A DNA stretch of 57,424 bases, filler included, from Platydemus manokwari (GCA_037951405.1; 6 parts of 6 records of this genome joined end to end with filler, not necessarily neighbours in it); one strand, 5' to 3'. Shown: positions 40,470 through 50,844, numbered from the whole stretch's first letter. A program made the numbers and translations. Notes: a model not told the origin generated them from the sequence alone.

Positions 40470-40931
40470 GCCGGTAAAGGTGCCGTTTTTTTACAACTAC
40501 ATCAGACATCGTGCTTTGCATCCCATGTGCTTGGCAGCGTTTACCCATTCAAGGGGCCCTGAAATATTCAGACGGATTGTGTTTGCTTCTTGCTGGATCT
40601 TACTTTGATGTGTACTTTGTGGCGGATTTTGTGACTTCAGTGATGTTTCAGTGAATTTCGAGTGCGGCGAGCGAAGCGGAGCGGTTCGTAAGTAGGCAAT
40701 AATTCAATATATACTTTAAACCTAGGTAAAATAACTAGCCATAGCCTTAGCCTTAGCACTAACTAAATAGACAATCTGTAACTGCTAACATAAATAACAT
40801 CGCTAACTATTAAATAATTAAACAAGATAAATATATAAAACAGGAATAACTAGTCAAGAAGCTAATTAGGTAATCATAGCTTAAAAGCAAAACTTATTAA
40901 CTACTCAAAGACAAGATTAGCAACGGTAACC

Positions 40932-42563
40932 ATGCCCCCCACTACTAGAGGCAAATCTGTGGAGAAAGTTGCACCAGCAAAAAGTCAGGAAAGGACAAAC
41001 GGTGTGGCTAAACAACCCAGACCGCGGACGGTGAAGCCCATCCCCGAACTTCCGGAGGAAGTCCGGCAGGAAAAAGTAAAAGAACAGAGGGACAAAAGAA
41101 CGGAAGGACTACTGATCCGCGTGACACAATTGGAAGGAGGGGAGTGCCGCCTAACATCAATAGGTAAAAAGGCGGCAATCAATGTACTGGAAGGCGGACT
41201 CGGGACTCGAGCGATAAGAATCATCTCATTCAACCCAGATAAATCGATGACAATAACACCTAACAGAGGCTCGCCAGTAGATAAAATTATAGACAAAATA
41301 GTAAAACAGGACGGACCAGAAACCATGGACCTCCAAACACATGGAATCAGGATTAAACTTGAACTCGTTCCTCCAACATCAAAGTTCGTGATAAAAGGAA
41401 TAAACCCGACGACGAAAATAGACAAGATCCAAGAGGAATTAACAGCTGAAAACCCGAAGGTGAAGTTCGTCAATGTTGAAAGGCTGTATGGAAGCAACGG
41501 CATAACCACGTCGATAATAGTCGCAGTATGTGAGAGCGCAGATACTCCACACAGTATAAGATACATGGGGAGGGAGAAATACACTGAAAATTTCATTCCC
41601 CCCGTAATCCAATGCGCCAAATGCAACAAATTTGGACACACGAAAAACGTATGTCGGGCAACCCACCCGACTTGCAAATTTTGCAGCGGACAACACTGGC
41701 ACGGGGACTGCCGCTATGCGAAGGAAGATAAAGACTATAAGCTGAAAAACAAAAATAGGAGGTGCTCCAATTGCCAAGGGAACCACGGAGCCAGATTTGG
41801 CGGATGCCCGGCCCTCAAGCTGACAAAACTGGCCTGGAGAGAAGCCAACCTAACCAACACATCAATGCGGATCACCAAGTGGAGACAAGAAAACACGAAA
41901 AATCTACCGGAAACACAATCAGAAGTAAGAATCATTCAGGCCGAGATGGCAAACATAAAGAATAAGCTAAGTAGCGAACATCCAACAGACGCAAAAAGGG
42001 ACCAAAACAAAAACGGGAGAGAAAACCCTGCAACCCCTAACTCGGAACAAACGAAAGAAATAGTAACACAATGGAAAGCAACAGCAACGGAAATAGCAAA
42101 AGTGAAAAAAGACACAAAGTCAACAGAAGAAAGACTTACTAAGCTAAATAAGAACATAGAAGAAGCAGCCAACAGAATGGAGCAGGCTAAAAAGGAGATG
42201 ATGGATATGAAAGCAGATATCACAATAATGATTGAAGAAGGGAAAAAAGAACTCAAGCAGCTAGCCGACAATATAAAAAACGATTTGGCAGCCAAAGACC
42301 AAGCCACACAGGAGGCACTAGGAGGAAACTCGAATTGGCAAAACGAAGTTGCTCAAACCTTGAGAGGAATCAAGGAAAGACTCAACCAACAGGCGGCAGA
42401 GCTCAGAGAGACAAAAAGAGAAACAGCAGGTATGATACAAGAAGCAGTGGCGTTCGCCACGGGCAGGAGAGCCAACCCAGCATGGAAAGTGGCGGAGGAG
42501 GAAGAAGAAACAACTGAGGAGAGCAGCACAGCAACAGAGGATACAGAGGGAGAAGAAAACTAA
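40932..42563 (+). CDS. LINE ORF1, gag-like nucleic-acid-binding protein (three CCHC knuckles plus coiled coil)
   Basis: VIQCAKCNKFGHTKNVC...CKFCSGQHWHGDC...CSNCQGNHGARFGGC. It lies 41 nt upstream of ORF2. Confidence 0.93.
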   Translation: MPPTTRGKSVEKVAPAKSQERTNGVAKQPRPRTVKPIPELPEEVRQEKVKEQRDKRTEGLLIRVTQLEGGECRLTSIGKKAAINVLEGGLGTRAIRIISFNPDKSMTITPNRGSPVDKIIDKIVKQDGPETMDLQTHGIRIKLELVPPTSKFVIKGINPTTKIDKIQEELTAENPKVKFVNVERLYGSNGITTSIIVAVCESADTPHSIRYMGREKYTENFIPPVIQCAKCNKFGHTKNVCRATHPTCKFCSGQHWHGDCRYAKEDKDYKLKNKNRRCSNCQGNHGARFGGCPALKLTKLAWREANLTNTSMRITKWRQENTKNLPETQSEVRIIQAEMANIKNKLSSEHPTDAKRDQNKNGRENPATPNSEQTKEIVTQWKATATEIAKVKKDTKSTEERLTKLNKNIEEAANRMEQAKKEMMDMKADITIMIEEGKKELKQLADNIKNDLAAKDQATQEALGGNSNWQNEVAQTLRGIKERLNQQAAELRETKRETAGMIQEAVAFATGRRANPAWKVAEEEEETTEESSTATEDTEGEEN

Positions 42564-42604
42564 AGACCACAAGAAAGCAAGTTAAATCGCCGAGGAAACC
42601 AACA

Positions 42605-45600
42605 ATGGCAAGAGAAAACATAACTTTAGCGCAGTGGAACTGCCGAGGTATTGAGGGAAACCTCCCCAGCATGAGACAACTACTGGGAAATGACGTGGAC
42701 GTCCTAGTACTCCAAGAAACCCATCTAAAGCAATCACAAAAATATAGAAGCCGAGGATTCACCGCTATCAGAAGGGACAGACCGAACAGAGAAGGAGGGG
42801 GGGTAATGATACTAGTCAGGGAAAAACTCCAGATCATCAATCAAGAAAGCTTTGGAACAACCAACATGGAGGGTGTCAGTGCGGAAATAGCTGGGAACCC
42901 AAGGAACGTAACAATAATTAACATTTACTGCCCGGTAGGTAGAATAGAAGAGGAAGACATAAGGGAACTACAGGACAGATTGAAGACTACTACCATAATA
43001 ATGGGGGATTTTAACTGCCACCACCCAGTGTGGGGCTCTAGAAGAAGCAGCGCAGGAGGCAGAAGACTATTGGAATTTATTGAAACCAACCAGCTAACAA
43101 TCCTTAATGATGGGTCCATCACAAGAGTAGATCCTCGGCCGACCAAAAGTGACTCATCAGTAGATATTACGATAGTGACAGAGGACCTAGCAGGAAGTCT
43201 ATGGGAAATAGGTGAGGACACTACCAGCGACCACCTCCCAATCATAGTCAGGACCACCACCAAACCCAGGAAAAACAAAGACAGCACTAGGCCCACATTC
43301 ACGTACAAAAACGCCAACTGGACCAGCTTCATAGAAGAGCTAGAAAGAATAGACCTTAGGAGGAGAGATCAGGAAGAACTAGAGTCATATGTGGACAGAT
43401 TCACAGTAAGTATTTTAAAAGCTGCTACCAAGCACATACCAAATAGAAACATGCCTGAAAACATCAGAAGGGCAGCACGACCAACCACACATGGAGGACA
43501 CAGAAACAACCCAACAAACCGTGAAACAGAGGAGGGTAGTCCGCCCACACAAAAAGACAACAACACACCAAGAAACAAGAATCCAGTAATATGGTGGAAT
43601 AATAATTGTACACTGGCGGTACGAAACAGGAAAAAAGCGCTACAGAAATACAGAAGACAGCGCACAGAAGAAAACTATGAAGAATACAAAGAATACAGAA
43701 ATTCAGCCAACAAAACAATCAAAAAAGCCAAGGAGACCGAATGGAGAACCTATTGCCAGAAGATCAACCCTGACACACCAGTAAGCGATGTCTGGAAGCA
43801 GATTAAAACAATAAAAGGCAGCAACAGGACGAGTAACATCCCCACAATAAAACAACCTACAATGGCAATCACGGATAAGGAAAAAGCGAGTGCATTTGCA
43901 GAACACTTCCATAAAGTTTTCTCCAATGAAAGGACCGGAGTGCAAGAACTAGAGAGAAGGAAGAAATTCTTAGAGGAAGCAGAGGAGGAACCACAGGCGG
44001 ATATTGAGGACTACTATATGGATACGGACCTAACTGTGGATGAAGTGACAGCAGCAATAAGGGAAAAATCAGATACGGCAGCAGGAGCTGATATCCTCAG
44101 CTACACGATTTTAAAAAAGGTACCAGCAAAAATAATAGGAACATTGACAGAGCTGTATAACACCATCTGGAGGACAGGAAACATCCCAAAACAATGGAAA
44201 ACGGCAATAATAGTGCCCATACGAAAAGAAAACAAAGAAGGCCACAAAGTAGACTCATATAGACCCATAGCGCTAACATCTCACATAGGAAAAATCATGG
44301 AAACGGTAGTAAATAAAAGAATAAAATTCCACATGGAGAAAAACGACATATACAGCACGACCCAATCAGGCTTCAGAAGTCAGCGAAACACCATGGACCA
44401 AGTCATAAAACTAGAGAACGACGTCAAGAAAGGTTTCAAGAAAGGAGAAAAGACTATAGCAGTCTTCCTGGACCTAGAACAGGCCTATGACCAGTGCTGG
44501 CGGGAAGCAGCACTCCTTAAACTAAATAGAATAGGAATAGTGGGAAGAACATTCAAATACGTAGCAAGCTTCCTCCAGGATAGGACTTTCAAAGTCAGAA
44601 TTAGAAATGAGGAGTCACAGACCTTATGCCAGGAAAACGGAATACCCCAGGGCTCAGTCATCTCCCCAACAATCTTTACAATATTAGTAAACGACCTAAA
44701 TGAAGTGATAGAAGATGAGAAAACGGGCCTCTCACAATTTGCGGATGACTGTGCCGTATGGAGAAGCGGGAAAGATGTAAAGTTCACCAGGATCAAACTG
44801 CAAGGACAACTCCAACACATCGCGCGCTGGATGGAAAAATGGGGTTTCAAAATTAACACGGAAAAGACAGTCAGCATGGTTTTCAGCAGGAAGAGAAAGA
44901 AAGAGTATATGGACATCAAGATAAAGATCCAAGAGAAGAAAATAAAAAGAGTAGCCAGCACCCGCTTCCTAGGAATGATCCTGGACGACAAACTGACCTG
45001 GAAGCCACATATCGATAAAGTAGTAGAAAAGGGCAAGAGAGCCCTCAATATTCTCCGAGTCATCAAAGGGAGCGGATGGGGAGCCCATACGTCAACAATG
45101 ATAACACTGTACAAGGCACTGATTCGAGGAAAAATTGAGTACGGAAGCATAGTATACGATGCAGCCCAAGAAGGCACGAAGAAGAAATTAGACACCATCC
45201 AAAATATGGCAATGAGAACAATCCTAGGAGCAGGTAAGTGTACGTCGAAGGAAGCCATGGAAGTCGCCCTAGGTCTAACACCGCTCAACATAAGAAGGAA
45301 ACAGCTAACGTATAACTACTGGACCCGGGTAGCACAGGATGAGAACCACCCGGCATTTTCGACATTCACAGAAAATAGGAGCAAATGGGGAGGAATACCG
45401 ATCTTTAAATTACAGAGACCAGCAGGATGGGATGCGGCGGAAGAAATGAAAAAATCAAAAGAACTGGCTAATACAATCCTGGAAATTAAAACACGAAGAC
45501 AAACAGTTCCACCCTGGGAGTGCAAACTACCAATAACAGATAGCAGCCTGGCCACGAGAATATCTAAGAACACAGGAGACCTGGAGGCCAAGTGCATCAC

Positions 45601-46465
45601 CGAGGAATATATAGAAGAAATTAGACGAGACAACCTAATAATATACACAGATGGATCCAAAAATAACCAGGGGCAAGTAGGAGCAGGGATAGTCGTCCCA
45701 CACTGGAACATCTGCAAATCCTTTAAGCTGACAGACCATGCCTCAGTATTCACAGCCGAACTCATAGGGATCCTCAAGGCAATCGAAACAGCGACGGAGA
45801 ACCCACCAAACAAACTAAGCATACTGACAGACTCACTGGCGGCAGTTCACGCACTAGGAAACTTTACAAGAGGAACAAGACCGGACATAAAGGAGGAAAT
45901 CATAACCAAAACCACACACCTTAGAAACTTGGGATGCCAAATCAGCATAGGTTGGATACCGGCGCACAGGGACATCGCGGGAAATGAGAAGGCAGACAGA
46001 GCAGCCAAAGCAGGTATATACAGTAAAGACCAAATCCAAACCGGCCTGGGAAAAACTGAAGGGAAAAGCATCATCAAAACCTACGTGCAAAAGAAGTGGC
46101 GGGAACAATGGAAGGACAGCCCGAGGGGACGACTGGCGCACCAACACCTGAATGAGCCAACATTTAGACCCCAAGTCAAGGAACTAATGAAAATTCCCAC
46201 TAACCAGAAGATGTGGAGACTGCGACTGGGATACTGGAAGGATCGATACGTCAGCCCACTATGCATGCAGTGCCTGGAGACCAACACAATAGATCACTTC
46301 ATGATAACCTGCAGCAACTTCACAGAAGAGCGGAAAGACCTGACAGATTATTTCACAAACATGAACAAGGTAATGACGACCAAAGAATGCCTACATATAA
46401 ACAGCGACAAAGAAATACAAAGATTAGTCAAACAGTACATCAACCGAACAGGAAAGGACATATAG
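42605..46465 (+). CDS. LINE ORF2: APE endonuclease, reverse transcriptase, RNase H, CCHC (I group, e.g. I/Nimb/Loa-like)
   Basis: APE: QWNCRG, LQET, GDFNCH, SDHLPI. RT: YRPIALTS, QSGFR, FLDLEQAYD, GIPQGSVISP, FADD. RNase H: IYTDGS, TAEL, TDS, WIPAH..GNEKAD. C-terminal CMQC..H....C. Uninterrupted 1286 aa. Confidence 0.97.
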   Translation: MARENITLAQWNCRGIEGNLPSMRQLLGNDVDVLVLQETHLKQSQKYRSRGFTAIRRDRPNREGGGVMILVREKLQIINQESFGTTNMEGVSAEIAGNPRNVTIINIYCPVGRIEEEDIRELQDRLKTTTIIMGDFNCHHPVWGSRRSSAGGRRLLEFIETNQLTILNDGSITRVDPRPTKSDSSVDITIVTEDLAGSLWEIGEDTTSDHLPIIVRTTTKPRKNKDSTRPTFTYKNANWTSFIEELERIDLRRRDQEELESYVDRFTVSILKAATKHIPNRNMPENIRRAARPTTHGGHRNNPTNRETEEGSPPTQKDNNTPRNKNPVIWWNNNCTLAVRNRKKALQKYRRQRTEENYEEYKEYRNSANKTIKKAKETEWRTYCQKINPDTPVSDVWKQIKTIKGSNRTSNIPTIKQPTMAITDKEKASAFAEHFHKVFSNERTGVQELERRKKFLEEAEEEPQADIEDYYMDTDLTVDEVTAAIREKSDTAAGADILSYTILKKVPAKIIGTLTELYNTIWRTGNIPKQWKTAIIVPIRKENKEGHKVDSYRPIALTSHIGKIMETVVNKRIKFHMEKNDIYSTTQSGFRSQRNTMDQVIKLENDVKKGFKKGEKTIAVFLDLEQAYDQCWREAALLKLNRIGIVGRTFKYVASFLQDRTFKVRIRNEESQTLCQENGIPQGSVISPTIFTILVNDLNEVIEDEKTGLSQFADDCAVWRSGKDVKFTRIKLQGQLQHIARWMEKWGFKINTEKTVSMVFSRKRKKEYMDIKIKIQEKKIKRVASTRFLGMILDDKLTWKPHIDKVVEKGKRALNILRVIKGSGWGAHTSTMITLYKALIRGKIEYGSIVYDAAQEGTKKKLDTIQNMAMRTILGAGKCTSKEAMEVALGLTPLNIRRKQLTYNYWTRVAQDENHPAFSTFTENRSKWGGIPIFKLQRPAGWDAAEEMKKSKELANTILEIKTRRQTVPPWECKLPITDSSLATRISKNTGDLEAKCITEEYIEEIRRDNLIIYTDGSKNNQGQVGAGIVVPHWNICKSFKLTDHASVFTAELIGILKAIETATENPPNKLSILTDSLAAVHALGNFTRGTRPDIKEEIITKTTHLRNLGCQISIGWIPAHRDIAGNEKADRAAKAGIYSKDQIQTGLGKTEGKSIIKTYVQKKWREQWKDSPRGRLAHQHLNEPTFRPQVKELMKIPTNQKMWRLRLGYWKDRYVSPLCMQCLETNTIDHFMITCSNFTEERKDLTDYFTNMNKVMTTKECLHINSDKEIQRLVKQYINRTGKDI

Positions 46466-47529
46466 AAGTAGGGCACAAGTAAAACAGAAAGGATTAGGTC
46501 AAGTAACGAACCACAGCAAGACAACCTGGCCAGCAAAGAAGTAGAGGACGGTAAGTAACCCCCAAGACGGTGGAACCTAGAAACAGAGAGAGGATCTCCC
46601 AGGTGGAACGAGACCCAGACAGAGAAGAAAAGATGACGAGGTCCCCAAACCGAGGAGAGCTAGAGATGGAGCCAACAGCAACTCAAGTACAAGAGAACCA
46701 ACAGAGGGTGCAAACATGGCTACCAAAAACCAAAGAGGGATAAAACAAATAACCTAAACAACGAATAGCCAAATAGACTAAAGGATTAAAAATAACACTC
46801 AAAATAACTAAGCAAGTAGAAAATCTAAGGAAACGAACAAATAAGTAAACAAACAGTAAACAGTAACAATAAGATAAAAGCCCAGCAAAAGATAGACAAA
46901 TATAAGTAACAAAAATCAAAACCAGGAAAGACCTAGCACTAAAGTAGAACTCAGACTATAAAAGCTAAAATACTAAAAAGTCTATGACAAATAACCTAAA
47001 GCAATGAAAATTACAATCGCGAAATAAGTAAATTTCAAAGAATACAACCTAAAGAACAATATAAAGTACAAAGGCTTACCAAAACGGCCACAGTAAAACA
47101 TAGCAAATTATACTAGAACCTAAAAATAGGCGAAAGGCGGTCTAGCAGGGCACCCGAACAATCTCCCCAGCGACGATCAATGGGGAGCAAACCTCAAGGC
47201 GGCCCTGCGGGATAAAAAAACATAAAAAGCAAACAAAAATTTAAAAAAATAAACCAACTAACGAACTAAAAAAGAGTAACAATAGGCGAAAACAACGAGC
47301 AAAACCGCATAAAGACCGCAAACAAGGAACCGAAGAGAACTCTCGACCTGTCCACAGTGCTGCGAAAGGCCTGGAAGCTACCTCTGGCAAACTGGCAGCT
47401 GCAACCCGGGAGGCACGACGTCTGCTGCAAGGAAGCGATCGACCGAAGCGTGAAGAAACAACAAACGTAGCAACACAGTCAACTCATCAACAAAAGAATG
47501 AAGAAGATAACGCCCTAAAAATACGCCTT

Positions 47530-47612
47530 AAATATAACCAATGCTGGATCAAGCAGGTTGAACGAGGCGGAATTTTTCTTTTTTTTTCCCAATCGGACGG
47601 ACGGACGGACGG
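47530..47612 (+). repeat. Right-arm terminal module (38-nt hairpin block plus CAATC(GGAC)n)
   Basis: AAATATAACCAATGCTGGATCAAGCAGGTTGAACGAGG, then a T-rich spacer, then CAATCGGACGGACGGACGGACGG. Confidence 0.95.
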
Positions 47613-47657
47613 GCCGTTTTTTTAGCTCCCAAGCGGATCACACACACAGTGCTTCTC

Positions 47658-47757
47658 NNNNNNNNNNNNNNNNNNNNNNNNNNNNNNNNNNNNNNNNNNN
47701 NTTAATTAATTAANNNNNNNNNNNNNNNNNNNNNNNNNNNNNNNNNNNNNNNNNNNN
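47658..47757. other. Artificial contig linker
   Basis: N44-TTAATTAATTAA-N44. Confidence 0.98.
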
Positions 47758-49189
47758 CCATAGGCATCTCAAATTTAAATATAGGTACTCATAGCAATGC
47801 TATGAATCACAATAGTTCTATCTTTATTAATTTTATTTTTATCACAACTTTGTTAATATTTATTATATCAAATATATTATATTTTATTGAGTTATTGATT
47901 ATTTTTATTATACATGCTACCTAATAATCTATTAGGAATTAGATATTGGTGAAAACATCTAATATTTCTCAAATGGTCTAACATTAAATCATAATAAACC
48001 ATCGATCGTTGTGTTGTTGATTTGTTATTTCAATCATCAGATTATAACCCACTGGTTTCCATCAATATCATTGGTATTTGAATTTTGATATTTCTTTGAC
48101 GTAGTTGAAATATTTGTAAGAATGTGATATCGAATCTAAATGAAATTATTTTTGATTCGAATCCACTAATGAGCTAATTATAATACCTATAATTTAATGA
48201 TGATTCTAAAAGCCTACTAACTATAACAAATGTGTGTGAATTGCTGACAAAAAAGTTGACTCAAATTAGAATTTTAAAATCTAGATAATATAATAAAGAA
48301 ATATAAATTTTCGAATATTTTTATGTGGCCCTTTGGATTATAGCAATTTAAATGTTTGTTTACCTCGAAATTCAATGAGTTTATTGATTAACAAGATTCG
48401 AGCAGTTCACAGCTTTAGGATTCACTGATTCAACAAATTTAGTAAATACATGATTTCCAAATTCACAAGTTCAAAGTTCACTTCTTAAACTCTGTATAAT
48501 TCCGGAATTGTTTCCGTATTTATTCTCCTCCTACTTCCAATGATTATGTGAGTTAACTTTTAAGTTCCATTGTCTGTTAACAAAATGTAAGTGATTTTTT
48601 TCTGATTTTGCTAGTGTCAATGACAAATTTTATCTGGTTTCGCACCTGTACTACATTATATTCTTAAAACGATTCTAATTTGATTCTGGTATTCTTAGTA
48701 TTCAATAGTTTTCAACCACAACCTTTGTATTGCCTTAAGTAGGTTAAGCCATTGTTTTATGTTTCTTAAAATAACCATTAAAACCTTCTGTCTATCTTGA
48801 TAGTTGCAACGTCTGACAAGGAGTTTCAACAATGAATTGGCTGAACATTTTATGAAAATCATATCAGTATAAAAATAATTAAATGGTTTTGAAATCGTTA
48901 ATTTAAGATGGAAAAATTTATTACAAAACATAAAAATTTCTCTTTTGAAAATCAAAATCTTAAATTCTGGTTTTTATAGTCCAAATTTTGTAAGTCGTAG
49001 TCGGTTTTCACAGGCACGAATATGTTCACTGGGAGCTTTTTGTAGTCAAATTTTCTCGTTCCGCGATTGACCCGTATTTCATCAATTACCAGGCTAAAAT
49101 CTAAAAAACTGAATATAGTTATGTAACAATAATAAAAATCATCTCCGTGGTGAAATTTATTTTTCTGATCTAAAATGAAAATACAAGAT

Positions 49190-49790
49190 CATATTTATTC
49201 TATATCCTATAATCGATTTATACGTGGTTTTCTCCATGACGAGATGATCTCAGCAATCAATATAGATGTACTGTACCACAACATAAAAATGAATAGAAAG
49301 ATGGAGAAGGCGATGGAGAATGTCTCTCAGACACACCTTATAAACAATAGACAATAACAATAATAATAGAAATATCTATACTATTATCCCCTGTACGTAT
49401 GTACAGGCCGTCATTTTTTCTGTTACTGCGTGTTAGACATATTGGCGGGGCTGTTTATTGGAGACCTAGTCTCCTTCGCTATGTGAGACCTATATAAACT
49501 GTATGATTCCACAATAGAAGTAGAAACAAGAAGTGAAGCCAACTTATTTGAACGCTTACTATCTAACCCTATTCGTCTCAAAATTCCATCATTCTGTGGA
49601 TCCCATGATCCTAAGCAACCTACATTTAACACATGAACATTCACTGAATTTCTGGATAGTCTAGCTATTTGAACTGCCAGGTCTTCATACTTTCGGTGGT
49701 TTCTCTCGAAGCTATTCCTAAAGTTTTCTTGTTAATCAAGTGGGACCTACAGATCTACGAGGAAAGTATGTTTAGAGCGTGACTTTGCAA
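49190..49790 (-). mobile_element. 5'-truncated RLE non-LTR retrotransposon 3' end (NeSL/R2-like)
   Basis: In frame KHTFLVDL*VPLD*QENF...RKYEDLA...LNVGCLGSWDPQNDGIL...SIVESYSLYRSH, the RLE endonuclease tail (D, KY and GxLGxW motifs). It is followed by a putative 3' UTR whose end is approximate. Confidence 0.8.
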
Positions 49791-50844
49791 AAATAATTCA
49801 TTTCTGAAATTATTAAATGAAAAAATAATAATATCAATAAAGTTTTTTGAAATGAATTTCAAATTGACTAAAAAGAATAATTAAAATTGATTGTTTAAAA
49901 GTTCGAAATAAAAACTTAATAAATTTTCATATCATGGTAGCCCATATATTTATGTTGATATATTTTTTCTGGACTTTCAAAATGGAAAATCTAAAATCAG
50001 CAATCCAAATGTTAAATTTTCCCCCAAAGATCGAACAAATTACGCTTCAAATTGATAATCGTAAATATAATAATGCTGCAAATATTAATTATTTATTAGA
50101 GAATATATTTTAATTATTTTTAATATATTTTCTATGTTTCAGATATCTCGAAGAAATATTTTCTCTATTAGAGCAAATCTATATTTTTCAACTAAATTTG
50201 TAGCTAATTGTTAATTCCAATGGAACTAGTAATAATTTAGTTCAATAATTTTTTATAATAATAATAAAGAATAATAATAATTATTATTATTATTTTAAAG
50301 AATAATAATAAATTTATAAATAATAATTAAAAGACGATTCATTAAAAACCTTGAATGGTTCATTATTTAAGATCAATTTATAATAATACAGATTGTAAAT
50401 ATCGAGAGAGAAATCAATCTGCCTTAAAGATGTAATTTCATTTTCAGGTTGTTATATCAAGCGCTAATGAAATAATATTCAATTTTTTCACGAAAAGACA
50501 ATATTGTTCGAACAAGAAAATAAATATTTGGCGAGAATTGCAACGACAAGCAAATATTTACAGATGTTTTTCATTTTACACAACCAAACAAATGAGTTTG
50601 AATGATGACACTCATCATGGTTGATAGAATACAGAATCGTTTTTAAATGCATCTTGCACTTCATTTGACTGTTAAAATCCATCCCCGGGCCATTAAAAGA
50701 AGACGCCATATAAAAGGACGCATTGAATATTTTTCGATTTTAAATTCCATTGAAAATATTTCATCAGGTTTTGAATAGATTTTTCAAATTATTAAAATAT
50801 TAATTTTTCACAAATATTTAGGAAACATTTATAAAATGTAATTA

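Larger units (their letters stand above)
37954..47657. mobile_element. Two-armed I-group non-LTR retroelement locus (gag-only arm on minus, gag+pol arm on plus)
   Basis: GC-rich contig whose A-rich strand switches in the 40.3-40.7 kb intergenic region. Two homologous ORF1 genes lie head-to-head, there is one intact ORF2, and identical terminal modules sit in inverted orientation. No host flank or TSD is visible. Confidence 0.85.

Noticed and set aside
40736-40765. (TTAGCC)-like short repeats as possible telomeric repeats
   Set aside because: Only three or four degenerate units, and they match neither TTAGGG nor TTAGGC. There is no evidence of telomere association.
38388-46536. Many antisense ORFs of 100-270 aa overlapping gag and pol
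   Set aside because: These are shadow frames expected from GC-rich, strand-biased coding DNA. They are Ser/Leu/Phe-rich and have no motifs.
8763-47757. Recurring TTAATTAATTAA palindrome between N runs at about 10-kb spacing
   Set aside because: Identical 44+12+44 format each time. It is an artificial all-frame-stop linker, so adjacency of the contigs means nothing.
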